Source: Sumerlaeia bacterium | GTDB taxonomy: Bacteria; Sumerlaeota; Sumerlaeia; SLMS01; JAHLLQ01 | Assembly (NCBI GenBank): GCA_040219255.1 | Contig: JAVJSW010000060.1 | Span: forward strand, 1-64,000 | Direction: 5' to 3' | DNA length: 64,000 nt | In this document: positions 28,945 to 38,084 of the stretch, one piece after another | Position numbering within the stretch: the stretch's first letter is position 1 | Layout of the letters: the number at the start of each line of letters is the position of its first letter | The notes under the pieces: model-generated | Told to the model about the DNA's origin: nothing | Databases searched by the model: none | Seen by the model: the letters and a program-made list of their open reading frames with translations, nothing else | Program-made: the position numbers and the translations under genes

Positions 28945-30567
28945 ATGACCACCCTCCAAGAAGAAATCGCCCGCCGGCGCACCTTTGCCATTATCAGCCA
29001 CCCGGACGCGGGCAAGACGACCTTGACGGAAAAGTTCCTGCTCTATGGCGGGGCGATTCACCTGGCCGGTGAAGTCCGCGCCCGCCGCACGCGCCGCCAC
29101 GCCACCAGCGATTGGATGAGCGTGGAAAAGGAACGCGGCATTTCCGTGACGACGTCCGTGATGCAGTTTCCCTATGGCGGCCGGCTGTACAATCTGCTGG
29201 ATACGCCGGGGCACCAGGACTTCAGCGAGGACACCTATCGCACCCTGGCCGCCGCCGACTGCGCGATCATGTTGATCGACGCGGCCAAAGGCGTCGAGGC
29301 CCAGACGCGCAAGCTCTTCGAGGTCTGCCGCCTGCGGGCGATGCCGATTTTCACGTTCGTCAACAAGATGGACCGCGAAGGCCGCGAGCCTCTCGATCTG
29401 ATGGACGAGGTCGAGAAGCTCCTGGGCATTCATTGCGTGGCACGCAACTGGCCCATCGGCCAGGGCCCGACCTTCAAAGGCGTTTACGACCGCGACAAAG
29501 ACATCGTCCACCGCTTTGAACGCGGCACCGACCACGGCTCCACCAAGGTGATGACCAACGTGACCGGCGGTGCGAAAGACAAGCTGGCGGAGCTGATCGG
29601 CGTGGACGGCTCGGCGCGGTTCCGCGACGAACTGGAATTGCTCGACATGGCGGGCGAGCCCTTTACGCGCGAGGAATTCCTGACGGGCGAAGTGACGCCG
29701 GTGTTCTTTGGCAGCGCCCTGACCAACTTCGGCGTCGAGCCCTTCCTGGAAGCCTTTGGCGAGTTGGCCCCCACGCCCCGCAGCCGCACCACCAGCGAGG
29801 GCGAGGACCGCGAGCCGGAGAACGAAAAGTTCAGCGGCTTTATCTTCAAAATCCAAGCCAACATGGACAAAAACCACCGCGACCGCATGGCGTTCCTGCG
29901 CGTGGTCAGCGGCCATTTCGAACGCGGCATGAACGCCAAAATCGCCCGCAACGGCGATACCGTGCGGCTCAATAACGCCACGACGTTCTTCGCCCAGGAA
30001 CGCACAGTGGTGGAAGAAGGCTATCCCGGCGACATCATCGGCCTCTATGATCCGGGGATTTACGCCATCGCGGACACCCTGACGGAACCCGCCGAGCAGT
30101 TCGAGTTCGAGGGCATTCCGCGCTTCTGCCCGGAACTCTTCAGCCGCGTCCTCGCGCCGAACCCGATGAAGCGCAAGCGGCTCGACAAAGGCCTGCAGCA
30201 GCTCAGCGACGAAGGCACGATCCAGGTTTTCTACCCGGCCGACAACATGACGTCGCCCGAGCCCGTGTTGGCGGCCGTCGGCAAACTGCAACTCGAAGTG
30301 GTTCAGCAGCGCATGCTGGAAGAATACGACGTCGAGATCAAGCTGGAGCCGCTGCCCTACACGGCGGCGCGGTGGCTCGACGCGGACCGCGACGAAGTGA
30401 ACTGGCAGCAGTTCCGCCGCTCCGGCATCAGCGACGTCATCGCCGATCCGCGCGGGCGGTTGCTCGTCGTCTTCCGCGACGAGTGGACCCTGCAATACGC
30501 CATCCGCAACGCCACGGAAAACATCGTCTTCCGCACCACCGCGCCCGAGCCGAAGGCCATAAAGTAA
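28945..30567 (+). CDS. prfC: Peptide chain release factor 3
   Basis: RRTFAIISHPDAGKTTLTEK, SDWMSVEKERGISV, DTPGHQDFSEDTYR, FKIQANMD. Confidence 0.97.
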   Translation: MTTLQEEIARRRTFAIISHPDAGKTTLTEKFLLYGGAIHLAGEVRARRTRRHATSDWMSVEKERGISVTTSVMQFPYGGRLYNLLDTPGHQDFSEDTYRTLAAADCAIMLIDAAKGVEAQTRKLFEVCRLRAMPIFTFVNKMDREGREPLDLMDEVEKLLGIHCVARNWPIGQGPTFKGVYDRDKDIVHRFERGTDHGSTKVMTNVTGGAKDKLAELIGVDGSARFRDELELLDMAGEPFTREEFLTGEVTPVFFGSALTNFGVEPFLEAFGELAPTPRSRTTSEGEDREPENEKFSGFIFKIQANMDKNHRDRMAFLRVVSGHFERGMNAKIARNGDTVRLNNATTFFAQERTVVEEGYPGDIIGLYDPGIYAIADTLTEPAEQFEFEGIPRFCPELFSRVLAPNPMKRKRLDKGLQQLSDEGTIQVFYPADNMTSPEPVLAAVGKLQLEVVQQRMLEEYDVEIKLEPLPYTAARWLDADRDEVNWQQFRRSGISDVIADPRGRLLVVFRDEWTLQYAIRNATENIVFRTTAPEPKAIK

Positions 30568-30882
30568 CATGGCCGTCCCGGCCCTGCCGGCACTCTGGAC
30601 GCCCACCCGGCTTGGATAATCTAAGCCGCTCGCCCGTGGGCTGGCGGGTCTGGCCCGCACGGAAACGACTTCGCCGGAACGCCTCCGCCGGCGGGTGAGG
30701 ACTGACGAATCGATTCGTTCAACGCAAGCACGCTCATGGTTCGGGGCTCCGGTGAGGATGGGGAGAGCCTAGGCGAAGGCATGGCGAAAAGTCAAGCCTC
30801 ATTCGCAAAAAATTCGCCTTGCGCCGCCGGGGCCGGGGTGGGAAGAGTGGGTTCCTCCTAATCTTCGCGTGAGACCCCAGCC

Positions 30883-32439
30883 ATGCACTCTCGCCTGCCC
30901 ACCTTCGCCGTTCTCGGGATCGATGCTTTGCCCATCGATGTGGAGGTCGATTGCCAGGACGCGAACAGTATGGACACGGCGGTGTGGACGATCGTGGGGC
31001 TGGGCGACGCGGCGGTGAAGGAAAGCCGCGAGCGGGTGAAGGCGGCTCTTAAGAACAGCGGGTTCAGCGTTTCACAGCGGCGCGTGACGGTGAATCTGGC
31101 GCCGGCGGATGTGCGGAAAATGGGGGCGCATTACGATTTGCCGATCGCGCTGGGGGTGTTGACGTCGACGGCGCGCATCCCGCCCGAGCGCGCGGCGCGC
31201 TACGCGGCGGTGGGCGAACTGGGGCTCGATGGCGGCATCAAAGCGGTGCCGGGGGCGTTGTCGATGGCGGTGGGTGCGGCGCGGGCGAGGCTGGATGGGC
31301 TGATCGTGCCGGAGGACAACGCGCAGGAGGCGGCCTTCGTGGCGGAGACGGCGGTCATTCCGGTGCGGTCGCTGGTGGAGGCGGTGGGTTTTCTGCGGGG
31401 CGAGCTGGAGATCGCGCCGGCGCGGCCGGCCCCGGCGGCGGAGGGCAACGGCGCCCGCGATCCCTGGAACGGGGTGGACATGCGGGATGTGCGGGGCCAG
31501 GAAAACGCCAAGCGGGCGCTGGAGATTTCGGCGGCCGGCGGGCACAATCTGCTGCTGATCGGCGCGCCGGGCAGCGGCAAGACGATGCTGGCGAAGCGGC
31601 TGCCGACGATCCTGCCGGAAATGACGTTTGGCGAGAGCCTGGAGACGACGAAGATTTTTTCCATCGCGGGCCAGCTCGACCGGCGCGAGGGCCTGATCCG
31701 CCGCCGGCCGTTTCGCTCGCCGCACCACACCGCGTCCTCGGCGGCGATCATCGGCGGCACGGCGTCGCCGCGCCCGGGCGAGGTGAGCCTGGCGCACAAC
31801 GGCGTGTTGTTTCTCGACGAGTTTCCCGAGTTCGACCGGCGGGTGCTCGAGGTGCTGCGGCAACCGCTCGAGGACGGCGTGGTGCAGATCAGCCGGGCGC
31901 AATTGTCACTGTCCTTTCCGGCGAACTTCATCCTCTTCGCGGCGATGAATCCGTGCCCCTGCGGGTACTTCGGGGCGGAACGGGGCGAGCGGCGCTGCAC
32001 CTGCAATCCGATGCAGATCACGCGCTACCGGGGCAAAATCAGCGGCCCGCTGCTCGACCGCATCGACCTGCACGTGGATGTGGCGCCGGTGGCCATCGAG
32101 GATCTGCACCGGCGTGCCGAGGGCGAGCCCAGCAAGACGGTGCGCGCCCGGGTGCAATCGGCCCGCGCGCGCCAGCAGGAGCGCTTTCGCGACCGCGAGA
32201 GCCTGCACTGCAACGCGCAAATGCTGCCCGCCGATATGCGGCGGTTCTGCGAGCTGGATGGGCCGAGCGAGGCGCTGCTGGAGCAGGCGATGAAAGCGCT
32301 CGACCTCTCGGCCCGGGCCTACGACCGCATCCTGAAAGTCGCCCGCACCATCGCCGACCTGGACGGCCGCGACGCCATCGCCCCCGAACACATCAGCGAG
32401 GCGGTGGGGTACCGGACGTTGGACCGGGGGGTGGGGTGA
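30883..32439 (+). CDS. comM: YifB/ComM Mg-chelatase-like AAA+ ATPase
   Basis: VKESRERV, VNLAPAD, GAPGSGKTMLA, RPFRSPHHTAS, GEVSLAHNGVLFLDE, AMNPCPCG, SGPLLDRID. Confidence 0.95.
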   Translation: MHSRLPTFAVLGIDALPIDVEVDCQDANSMDTAVWTIVGLGDAAVKESRERVKAALKNSGFSVSQRRVTVNLAPADVRKMGAHYDLPIALGVLTSTARIPPERAARYAAVGELGLDGGIKAVPGALSMAVGAARARLDGLIVPEDNAQEAAFVAETAVIPVRSLVEAVGFLRGELEIAPARPAPAAEGNGARDPWNGVDMRDVRGQENAKRALEISAAGGHNLLLIGAPGSGKTMLAKRLPTILPEMTFGESLETTKIFSIAGQLDRREGLIRRRPFRSPHHTASSAAIIGGTASPRPGEVSLAHNGVLFLDEFPEFDRRVLEVLRQPLEDGVVQISRAQLSLSFPANFILFAAMNPCPCGYFGAERGERRCTCNPMQITRYRGKISGPLLDRIDLHVDVAPVAIEDLHRRAEGEPSKTVRARVQSARARQQERFRDRESLHCNAQMLPADMRRFCELDGPSEALLEQAMKALDLSARAYDRILKVARTIADLDGRDAIAPEHISEAVGYRTLDRGVG

Positions 32440-32466
32440 TGGGCGGTTGGTCGGACTCTGGAGCGA

Positions 32467-32976
32467 TCACCCCCGGCCCATCCAGCCTTCCACTTCGGCG
32501 CGCCACAGTTCGGCGTCGAGGCGGATGGGCAGGAAGGCTTCGAAGAGGTCGTTGATAAGCATGGCGAGGTGCTGGATGGCCTGGACGCGGAGAGCCATGT
32601 ATTCGTCGGCGTCGGCGACTTTGGGTACGGGGAGCTTCATGGACTTCATGTCGAAGGTTTCGCCGTCGAGGGTGAAGTTCCAGACGGCGTCCTGGGCTTT
32701 CATTTCGACCTTGCCGCGGATGAGGCGTTTGCCTTGGCGGAGAGCGGCTTCGACTTCCGGGGCGGCGCTGGCTTCGTCGCCGGCGAGGGTGACTTTGGTG
32801 GCTTCGCCGGTGTCGCTGGCGAAGACCATGGGACCCATGAGGGCGAGGGTGAGGCCGGGTTCGCTGGCGGGGGGATCGAGAGTGCCCTGGGATGAGCGCA
32901 CGCACAGATAGGTGAGGAAGTCGGGGCCGAGCGTGGCGTAACGCTCCATCACTTCGAGGTTGGACATTTGAGCCAT
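32467..32976 (-). CDS. RdgC-like hypothetical protein
   Basis: LGPDFLTYL and EVEAALRQGK motifs resembling short RdgC-family proteins. Confidence 0.55.
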   Translation of the reverse strand: MAQMSNLEVMERYATLGPDFLTYLCVRSSQGTLDPPASEPGLTLALMGPMVFASDTGEATKVTLAGDEASAAPEVEAALRQGKRLIRGKVEMKAQDAVWNFTLDGETFDMKSMKLPVPKVADADEYMALRVQAIQHLAMLINDLFEAFLPIRLDAELWRAEVEGWMGRG

Positions 32977-33028
32977 GGGGAGGGTTTTCGCCTTCTTGAA
33001 CTGCGGTGGGTGTGACGCCGGGGGCCGG

Positions 33029-34663
33029 CTACTGTCTCGGGTAACCGGTGACGCCGGTGTTCTTGGGGGGAGTGGGGGCTTCCGGTTCTTGATAGACGGG
33101 GAAAAGGAATTGGAGGATGGCGGGAAAGCGGTCGGCCCAGGCGTTTTCGTTGTGTTTGGCGTGATAGGCGACGTGGTGCTGGAAGCCGGGGCCGATGGCG
33201 TAGCCGTTGGCGATCAGGGCGTCGCGGGCTTCGTAGGTTTCGTCCACGCCGTCGTCCTTGATGTCGGGCGCGGGGAATTGAAATTCGCTGACGGTGCCGC
33301 TGTCCATGTAGATTCGGATGTCGCGGGGTTCGTCGTATCGCAGACGGCGGAGCGTTTCGCCGTCGCCGCGCGAGCCACCGGCCTGGGTGATCCAGTAGGC
33401 GGGTGAGACGAAGGCGTGGTGCTTGGCGAAGTCCGGGTGCTCCCAGGCGAGATAGGTGGAGAAGAGGCCGCCCATGCTGCTGCCGCAGGTGGCGACGTGT
33501 TCGCGGCCTTCGAGGAGGCGGTAGTTCTCACGCATATAGGCCATGACGGTGTCCTGATAGAAGGCGGCCATTTTGTCGGCTTCGCCCTGGCCGATCACGA
33601 GGCTGGCGTAGGGAGGCAGGTAATCCTGGAGGCGGCTGGGGCCGCTGCGCACGCCGACGATGATGCATTCGCGGATAAGGCCGTTGCGCATCAGCCAGTC
33701 GGCGGTCTTGTCCGCCTGCCAAGAGGTGCCGGAAATGCCCTCGACGAACCAGGTGAAGCTGTTCTCGCCATCGTGCATGAAGAGAACGGGATAGTGTTTG
33801 CCGGTGTTTTCTTGGTAGCCGCGGGGTGTGTAGATGTACAGGGGGCGTTGCAGACCGGGGCGGAAATCGGGGAAGTCGGCGACCTTCGCGACGTGCGACG
33901 GGGAAACACTGGCGGGGGGCTCGTAGTTGAAGATCTGGCCGTCCTGGAGCCAAAGGCTGGCCAGAGCGGTTTCATACCAGCTTTCGCCGGGGGGCGCGTC
34001 CATGTTGGCGCCGTCGTTGAGTTCGATGAAGAAGCGCCAGGTCTGACCGACGGGTGGAAGATCGCGGAGGTGGGCAGTCCAGAGGCGTTCGCCGTCGTGC
34101 CGTCCGGGGCCGGAATCGGTCATCTGGATTCGCATCACGACGGCCCCGCGGCTGTTGAGAATGGCGAGCGCGGGGGACTTGGCGCCACTGTGGTAGCGCA
34201 GAAACCCGTCGCGCTTGGCTGGCAGCGGACCCTCGACGGTCATGGCGCGGGGCCGTCCGTCGAGGAAGGTGGAGTTGCTGCCCTCATAGAGGGACTGCGG
34301 TCCTCCGTCGAGGCGCAGGTAACGGTAACTCAACTGCTGCCCGGGCTCGACCTCGAGTTCGACGAACCAGAGCGGATCGGAGGGCGTATAGCTGGTGGGG
34401 GAGAGTTTGAGGGCCTTGAGGAATTCGCCGCCGCCGAGTTCGGGGATGTTGCCCAGGACGTAGATATTCTGGCCGTAGTCGGTCAGGAAGCGGGCTTCGA
34501 GGCGGACGGGCTCGGTGGCCGGGCCGCGGGAATCGGTGGTGGACGTCTTCGGGGCCGGTGCCTCGGCGGCCGGCGTTTCAGCGGGCGCCAGGCTCGCCAG
34601 TGCCAGAAAAAAGAAAACGATCAGTGGGCTAAGGGGAAAGTGCTGCATGGGTAAGTGCGTCAT
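33029..34663 (-). CDS. Secreted CBM20-containing alpha/beta-hydrolase (esterase)
   Basis: TDYGQNIYVLGNIPELG...W CBM20 motif; YPVLFMHDGEN, GSSMGG, IYMDSG, HNENAW; start may be 34648. Confidence 0.82.
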   Translation of the reverse strand: MTHLPMQHFPLSPLIVFFFLALASLAPAETPAAEAPAPKTSTTDSRGPATEPVRLEARFLTDYGQNIYVLGNIPELGGGEFLKALKLSPTSYTPSDPLWFVELEVEPGQQLSYRYLRLDGGPQSLYEGSNSTFLDGRPRAMTVEGPLPAKRDGFLRYHSGAKSPALAILNSRGAVVMRIQMTDSGPGRHDGERLWTAHLRDLPPVGQTWRFFIELNDGANMDAPPGESWYETALASLWLQDGQIFNYEPPASVSPSHVAKVADFPDFRPGLQRPLYIYTPRGYQENTGKHYPVLFMHDGENSFTWFVEGISGTSWQADKTADWLMRNGLIRECIIVGVRSGPSRLQDYLPPYASLVIGQGEADKMAAFYQDTVMAYMRENYRLLEGREHVATCGSSMGGLFSTYLAWEHPDFAKHHAFVSPAYWITQAGGSRGDGETLRRLRYDEPRDIRIYMDSGTVSEFQFPAPDIKDDGVDETYEARDALIANGYAIGPGFQHHVAYHAKHNENAWADRFPAILQFLFPVYQEPEAPTPPKNTGVTGYPRQ

Positions 34664-34693
34664 GGGCGACCTGCCGAGAGTGTGGAGTGCCAA

Positions 34694-35629
34694 TCACTGG
34701 GACGAAAAATCGCGCAGCCGTTCGGCCCGGGCGAGGCCTTCGATGACAGCGGGATCGACGTCCGGAGCCAATTGTTTCGCCAACCGGATTTCGCGGGCCA
34801 TATCGAGATCTTCGTTGCTGGCCAGACTGTCCGTTCCCAAGTACACCGGAACGCCGGCACGAAGCAATCGGGACAATGGAAATTCTTCGCGGCCAAAATA
34901 AATGTGCGTTCCCGGGCACAGTACCACGCGGCACCGCGACCGCCTGAGCACCATGATGTCCATTTCGGAAAGGTCGTTGCAGTGGACCAGCAGGGTGCGC
35001 GCCCCGAGCAGCCCGAGCGTCGCCAGATAGCGCACCGGCGACAGCCCCGGTGGCCTCCACCCGGGAGGCAGCAGATTGCGGTCCGACAGGAATTCGTAAA
35101 GCGGCCCGGTGCCGAAGAGGAGCATTTCGGTTTCCTCGGCCGTTTCCGCGCAGTGGATGCAGATCCATTCGCGCAGCATGGAAGCGGTGGAGAGAGCGCC
35201 GAGCAGCAGGGGTTCGGTGGTGGTGTAGGGGGCGTGGGGCGAGAGGCCGAAGCGCAGACCGCGCGGCAATGGGCCGTGGGCGCGGCGCTTGACGAGCACG
35301 TCGCTGAGGTGATGATCCGCGCGGGCGGGATCGAACTGAATTAGTTCGCGGAAGATGATGCCGGGGATCGGGTCGGCGCGTCGGGCGGCTTCACTGGTGC
35401 CCATGCTCTCGATATCCAGCAGGGCCGTGGTGCCGGTTTCGCGGAGGCGTTTGAGGCCGAACGCCGCTGCGCGCTCGCTTTCGGCCGGCGGGCGTTTGCG
35501 TTTGGCGTCGACGATGCGGTCGAGCCATTCGACAAAGTCGAGCCCGGGGGGAATGGCTCCTCTCAGATGACCAAGCTCCAGGTGGCAATGGGCGTTGAGG
35601 TAACCGGTTGTGTCGTTTTCGATAGCCAT
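34694..35629 (-). CDS. Metal-dependent amidohydrolase (deaminase-like)
   Basis: NAHCHLE, SPHAPY, IHCAET, LVHCN, LGTDSLASN. Confidence 0.88.
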   Translation of the reverse strand: MAIENDTTGYLNAHCHLELGHLRGAIPPGLDFVEWLDRIVDAKRKRPPAESERAAAFGLKRLRETGTTALLDIESMGTSEAARRADPIPGIIFRELIQFDPARADHHLSDVLVKRRAHGPLPRGLRFGLSPHAPYTTTEPLLLGALSTASMLREWICIHCAETAEETEMLLFGTGPLYEFLSDRNLLPPGWRPPGLSPVRYLATLGLLGARTLLVHCNDLSEMDIMVLRRSRCRVVLCPGTHIYFGREEFPLSRLLRAGVPVYLGTDSLASNEDLDMAREIRLAKQLAPDVDPAVIEGLARAERLRDFSSQ

Positions 35630-35725
35630 TGGCGCTTGCTTTTGTCATAGGGTGGTGACGACAGTGAGTTGCAGCAACGAGTTCCGCTTGCCCCGAACTG
35701 ACACCATGCCTGAACAGAAGCCGTT

Positions 35726-37255
35726 ATGATGACTTCCCACCTGTCACTTTGTCGCGGCGGCCTTGGCCTGCTCGCAAGCCTTACTCTCATCACAGGAGTA
35801 TTTGCGACCTTGGAGCCGGAAGAAGAGATCGTTCCCGACGCGCCCGCGCCGCTGCTCGACCGGCCCACGCCGCCGGGCGCGCCATCGCTACGCGAGTGGT
35901 CCGGCAAGAGCATCTACTTTCTGATGATCGACCGATTCGCCGATGGCGATCCGACGAACAACGCGGCCCACGGATTCGGGCCTGAGCCCGACAACCCGCG
36001 AGGCTGGCGGGGGGGCGATCTGCGAGGCCTCATCGATAAGCTGGATTACATCGAGGGCATGGGCTTCGACGCGATCTGGATCACGCCCATTTACCGCCAG
36101 AACAAGCCGCAAAGCTACCATGGCTACTGGGCCTGGGACTTCTACGATGTCGATGGGCATTTTGGAACCATGCGGGACGTGGTGGAATTGCGCGAGGCGA
36201 TGCACAAGCGCGGCATGGCGCTGATGATCGATGTGGTGGCGAACCACACGGGCGATTTCCGCTACCTGCCCGGCGATTACGAGGAGGGCGCGGCGCCGCC
36301 CTTCGACAAGCGCGAGTGGTTCAATCTGAACGGACCGATCAAGGATTTCAACAATCAGGCGGATGTGGAGAGCGGCGAACTGTCCAGCCTGGACGACATC
36401 AACCAGAATCACCCGGAGGCCCGGGCCGAACTGCTCAATACGGTTCGCTGGCTGCGAGAGCAAACCGGGGCCGATGGCTTCCGCATCGATACAGTGAAGC
36501 ATGTCCCCAAAGACTTCTGGGCCGAGTACAACGCGGCCGCCGGGGTTTTCTGTCTGGGCGAAGTGCTCCATGGCGACGCCCGGTATGTGGCGCCCTATCA
36601 GGACGTTCTCGATGGGCTGCTGGATTTCGCGGTGTACTACGCCTCCGACCGGGTTTTTGGGCGGGATGCTCCGATGACGGATCTCGCGCACGAGTTGTCG
36701 AAGGACGAATTGTACCGCGAGCCGCGGCTTCTGGCGCCATTCCTGGACAACCACGACGTGCCGCGCTTTTTGTCGAAGGTGCATGCGGAGAAGTCGGAAC
36801 AGTTGAGACGATTGAAGTTGGGCCTTATGTTCACCTTCACCGTACGCGGTATGCCCGTATTGTACTATGGGACCGAGCAAGCGTTCTCTGGCGGGATGGA
36901 CCCCTATAACCGGGAAATGATGGTCTTCGATCCCACTCATCCGGTTTACGGGTTCGTGGCGCGGCTCAATGAAACCCGCCGCAAGGTGCCGGCGCTGCGC
37001 TGGGGGTCGACAAAGGTGCTGGTGGCGACGGAAACGACGATGGTGATCGAGCGCGTCACGGACCAGGGAGAGTCCGCCTATGTGGTTCTGAACAACGGCG
37101 ACACGGAGGCGAGGGTGGCCTTTCCGGTCAAAGTGGCCAATGGACAGACGCTCTACGACCACTTCGGCAACGCAACGCCGGCGCGGGTCGAGTACGGGTT
37201 CGTGCGGGTCGGCGTGGATCGGCGCTGCGGGGCCGTGTTCGCGCCGGGAAATTGA
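35726..37255 (+). CDS. GH13 alpha-amylase family protein, exported
   Basis: IYFLMIDRFADGD, GGDLRG, YHGYW, DVVANH, GFRIDTVKH, GEVL, FLDNHD. Confidence 0.92.
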   Translation: MMTSHLSLCRGGLGLLASLTLITGVFATLEPEEEIVPDAPAPLLDRPTPPGAPSLREWSGKSIYFLMIDRFADGDPTNNAAHGFGPEPDNPRGWRGGDLRGLIDKLDYIEGMGFDAIWITPIYRQNKPQSYHGYWAWDFYDVDGHFGTMRDVVELREAMHKRGMALMIDVVANHTGDFRYLPGDYEEGAAPPFDKREWFNLNGPIKDFNNQADVESGELSSLDDINQNHPEARAELLNTVRWLREQTGADGFRIDTVKHVPKDFWAEYNAAAGVFCLGEVLHGDARYVAPYQDVLDGLLDFAVYYASDRVFGRDAPMTDLAHELSKDELYREPRLLAPFLDNHDVPRFLSKVHAEKSEQLRRLKLGLMFTFTVRGMPVLYYGTEQAFSGGMDPYNREMMVFDPTHPVYGFVARLNETRRKVPALRWGSTKVLVATETTMVIERVTDQGESAYVVLNNGDTEARVAFPVKVANGQTLYDHFGNATPARVEYGFVRVGVDRRCGAVFAPGN

Positions 37256-37286
37256 GTTGGCGCGGCCCGAGGGCTTCGCAATCTTC

Positions 37287-37316
37287 TTGATTCGAACCAG
37301 CTTTGGGGCTCATAGT
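37287..37316 (+). promoter_or_regulatory. Putative sigma70 promoter of the tRNA gene
   Basis: TTGATT-N18-CATAGT ending 11 nt upstream of the tRNA. Confidence 0.45.
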
Positions 37317-37327
37317 CGTCCAACCGA

Positions 37328-37412
37328 GCGAGCGTGGCGGAATTGGCAGACGCACCAGGTTTGCGTCCTGGCGGGGAAACCCGTGGGAGTTCGAGTCTCC
37401 CCGCTCGCACCA
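37328..37412 (+). tRNA. Class II tRNA with tRNA-Leu body and UGC (Ala) anticodon
   Basis: Acceptor stem GCGAGCG/CGCTCGC, A73, encoded CCA; D-arm GCGGAATTGGCAGACGC; anticodon arm CCAGG-TTTGCGT-CCTGG; variable arm GGG-GAAA-CCC; T-arm GGGAG-TTCGAGT-CTCCC. Confidence 0.93.
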
Positions 37413-37427
37413 TGGCTTCTCGATGTC

Positions 37428-38084
37428 ATGTATTTTGAACTTCCCGGACTCTACACGCCGTCCCTCGAGTCGCTCGTTTTCAAGGCGCTGGAGTCCTGGC
37501 ATTTCGCGGCTCATTATCTCGGTCTGGGCCTGATCGTCTGGCTTTTTGTACAAGCCGTCCAGCGGGGCTATGACTGCTTGCGCTCGGACGAAGCGCTGGT
37601 CACTCCGGCCCACCCCTCGCGTTTTTTCTTTCACGGTTTTCGCCGCGGACCGCTGTGGCAACTGGGGCTGCTCTGGCTGCTGATGGTTACTGTCGCCCTC
37701 ACTCTCCACCAGACCGCCATTGAGCACCAGGACACGACCCGGACCAAGGACTTGCTGTGCGCGGCCTGGAACGTAGTCCACATGGGCTCGATGCTCCTGT
37801 GGGTTCTGGCGGCGGGCATGGTTCTGGTGCCGCGCGTGACGAACCGCTGGAAGTTGCTCCTGCCGCTGTGGACTGGCATTCCAATTCTGGATATTCTGAC
37901 GGATCTGATCTTCTGGTATGTTCGGCACCGTGCGCTGGTATTCATCGCGCCGGACGATCGCGCGGACACGTGGGCCCTCGCCTACAATCCGGCGCTGTTG
38001 CTATGGATGGCGGCGGCCGCGGTGACGCTCTTGCTGGCCGTCGCGCGCCTGAAGCGCATCCCGCCCACGCAGTGGCCACGCTAG
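37428..38084 (+). CDS. Hypothetical polytopic membrane protein
   Basis: 218-aa ORF with about five hydrophobic segments, starting 15 nt after the tRNA. Confidence 0.65.
   Translation: MYFELPGLYTPSLESLVFKALESWHFAAHYLGLGLIVWLFVQAVQRGYDCLRSDEALVTPAHPSRFFFHGFRRGPLWQLGLLWLLMVTVALTLHQTAIEHQDTTRTKDLLCAAWNVVHMGSMLLWVLAAGMVLVPRVTNRWKLLLPLWTGIPILDILTDLIFWYVRHRALVFIAPDDRADTWALAYNPALLLWMAAAAVTLLLAVARLKRIPPTQWPR

Noticed and set aside
30621-30737. 38-aa minus-strand ORF (MSVLALNES...GPDPPAHGRAA) as a leader or arrest peptide
   Set aside because: No clear RBS and no downstream gene on the same strand, so support is insufficient.
37328-37412. tRNA as an integration site of a genomic island
   Set aside because: No integrase and no duplicated tRNA 3' end were found in the window.
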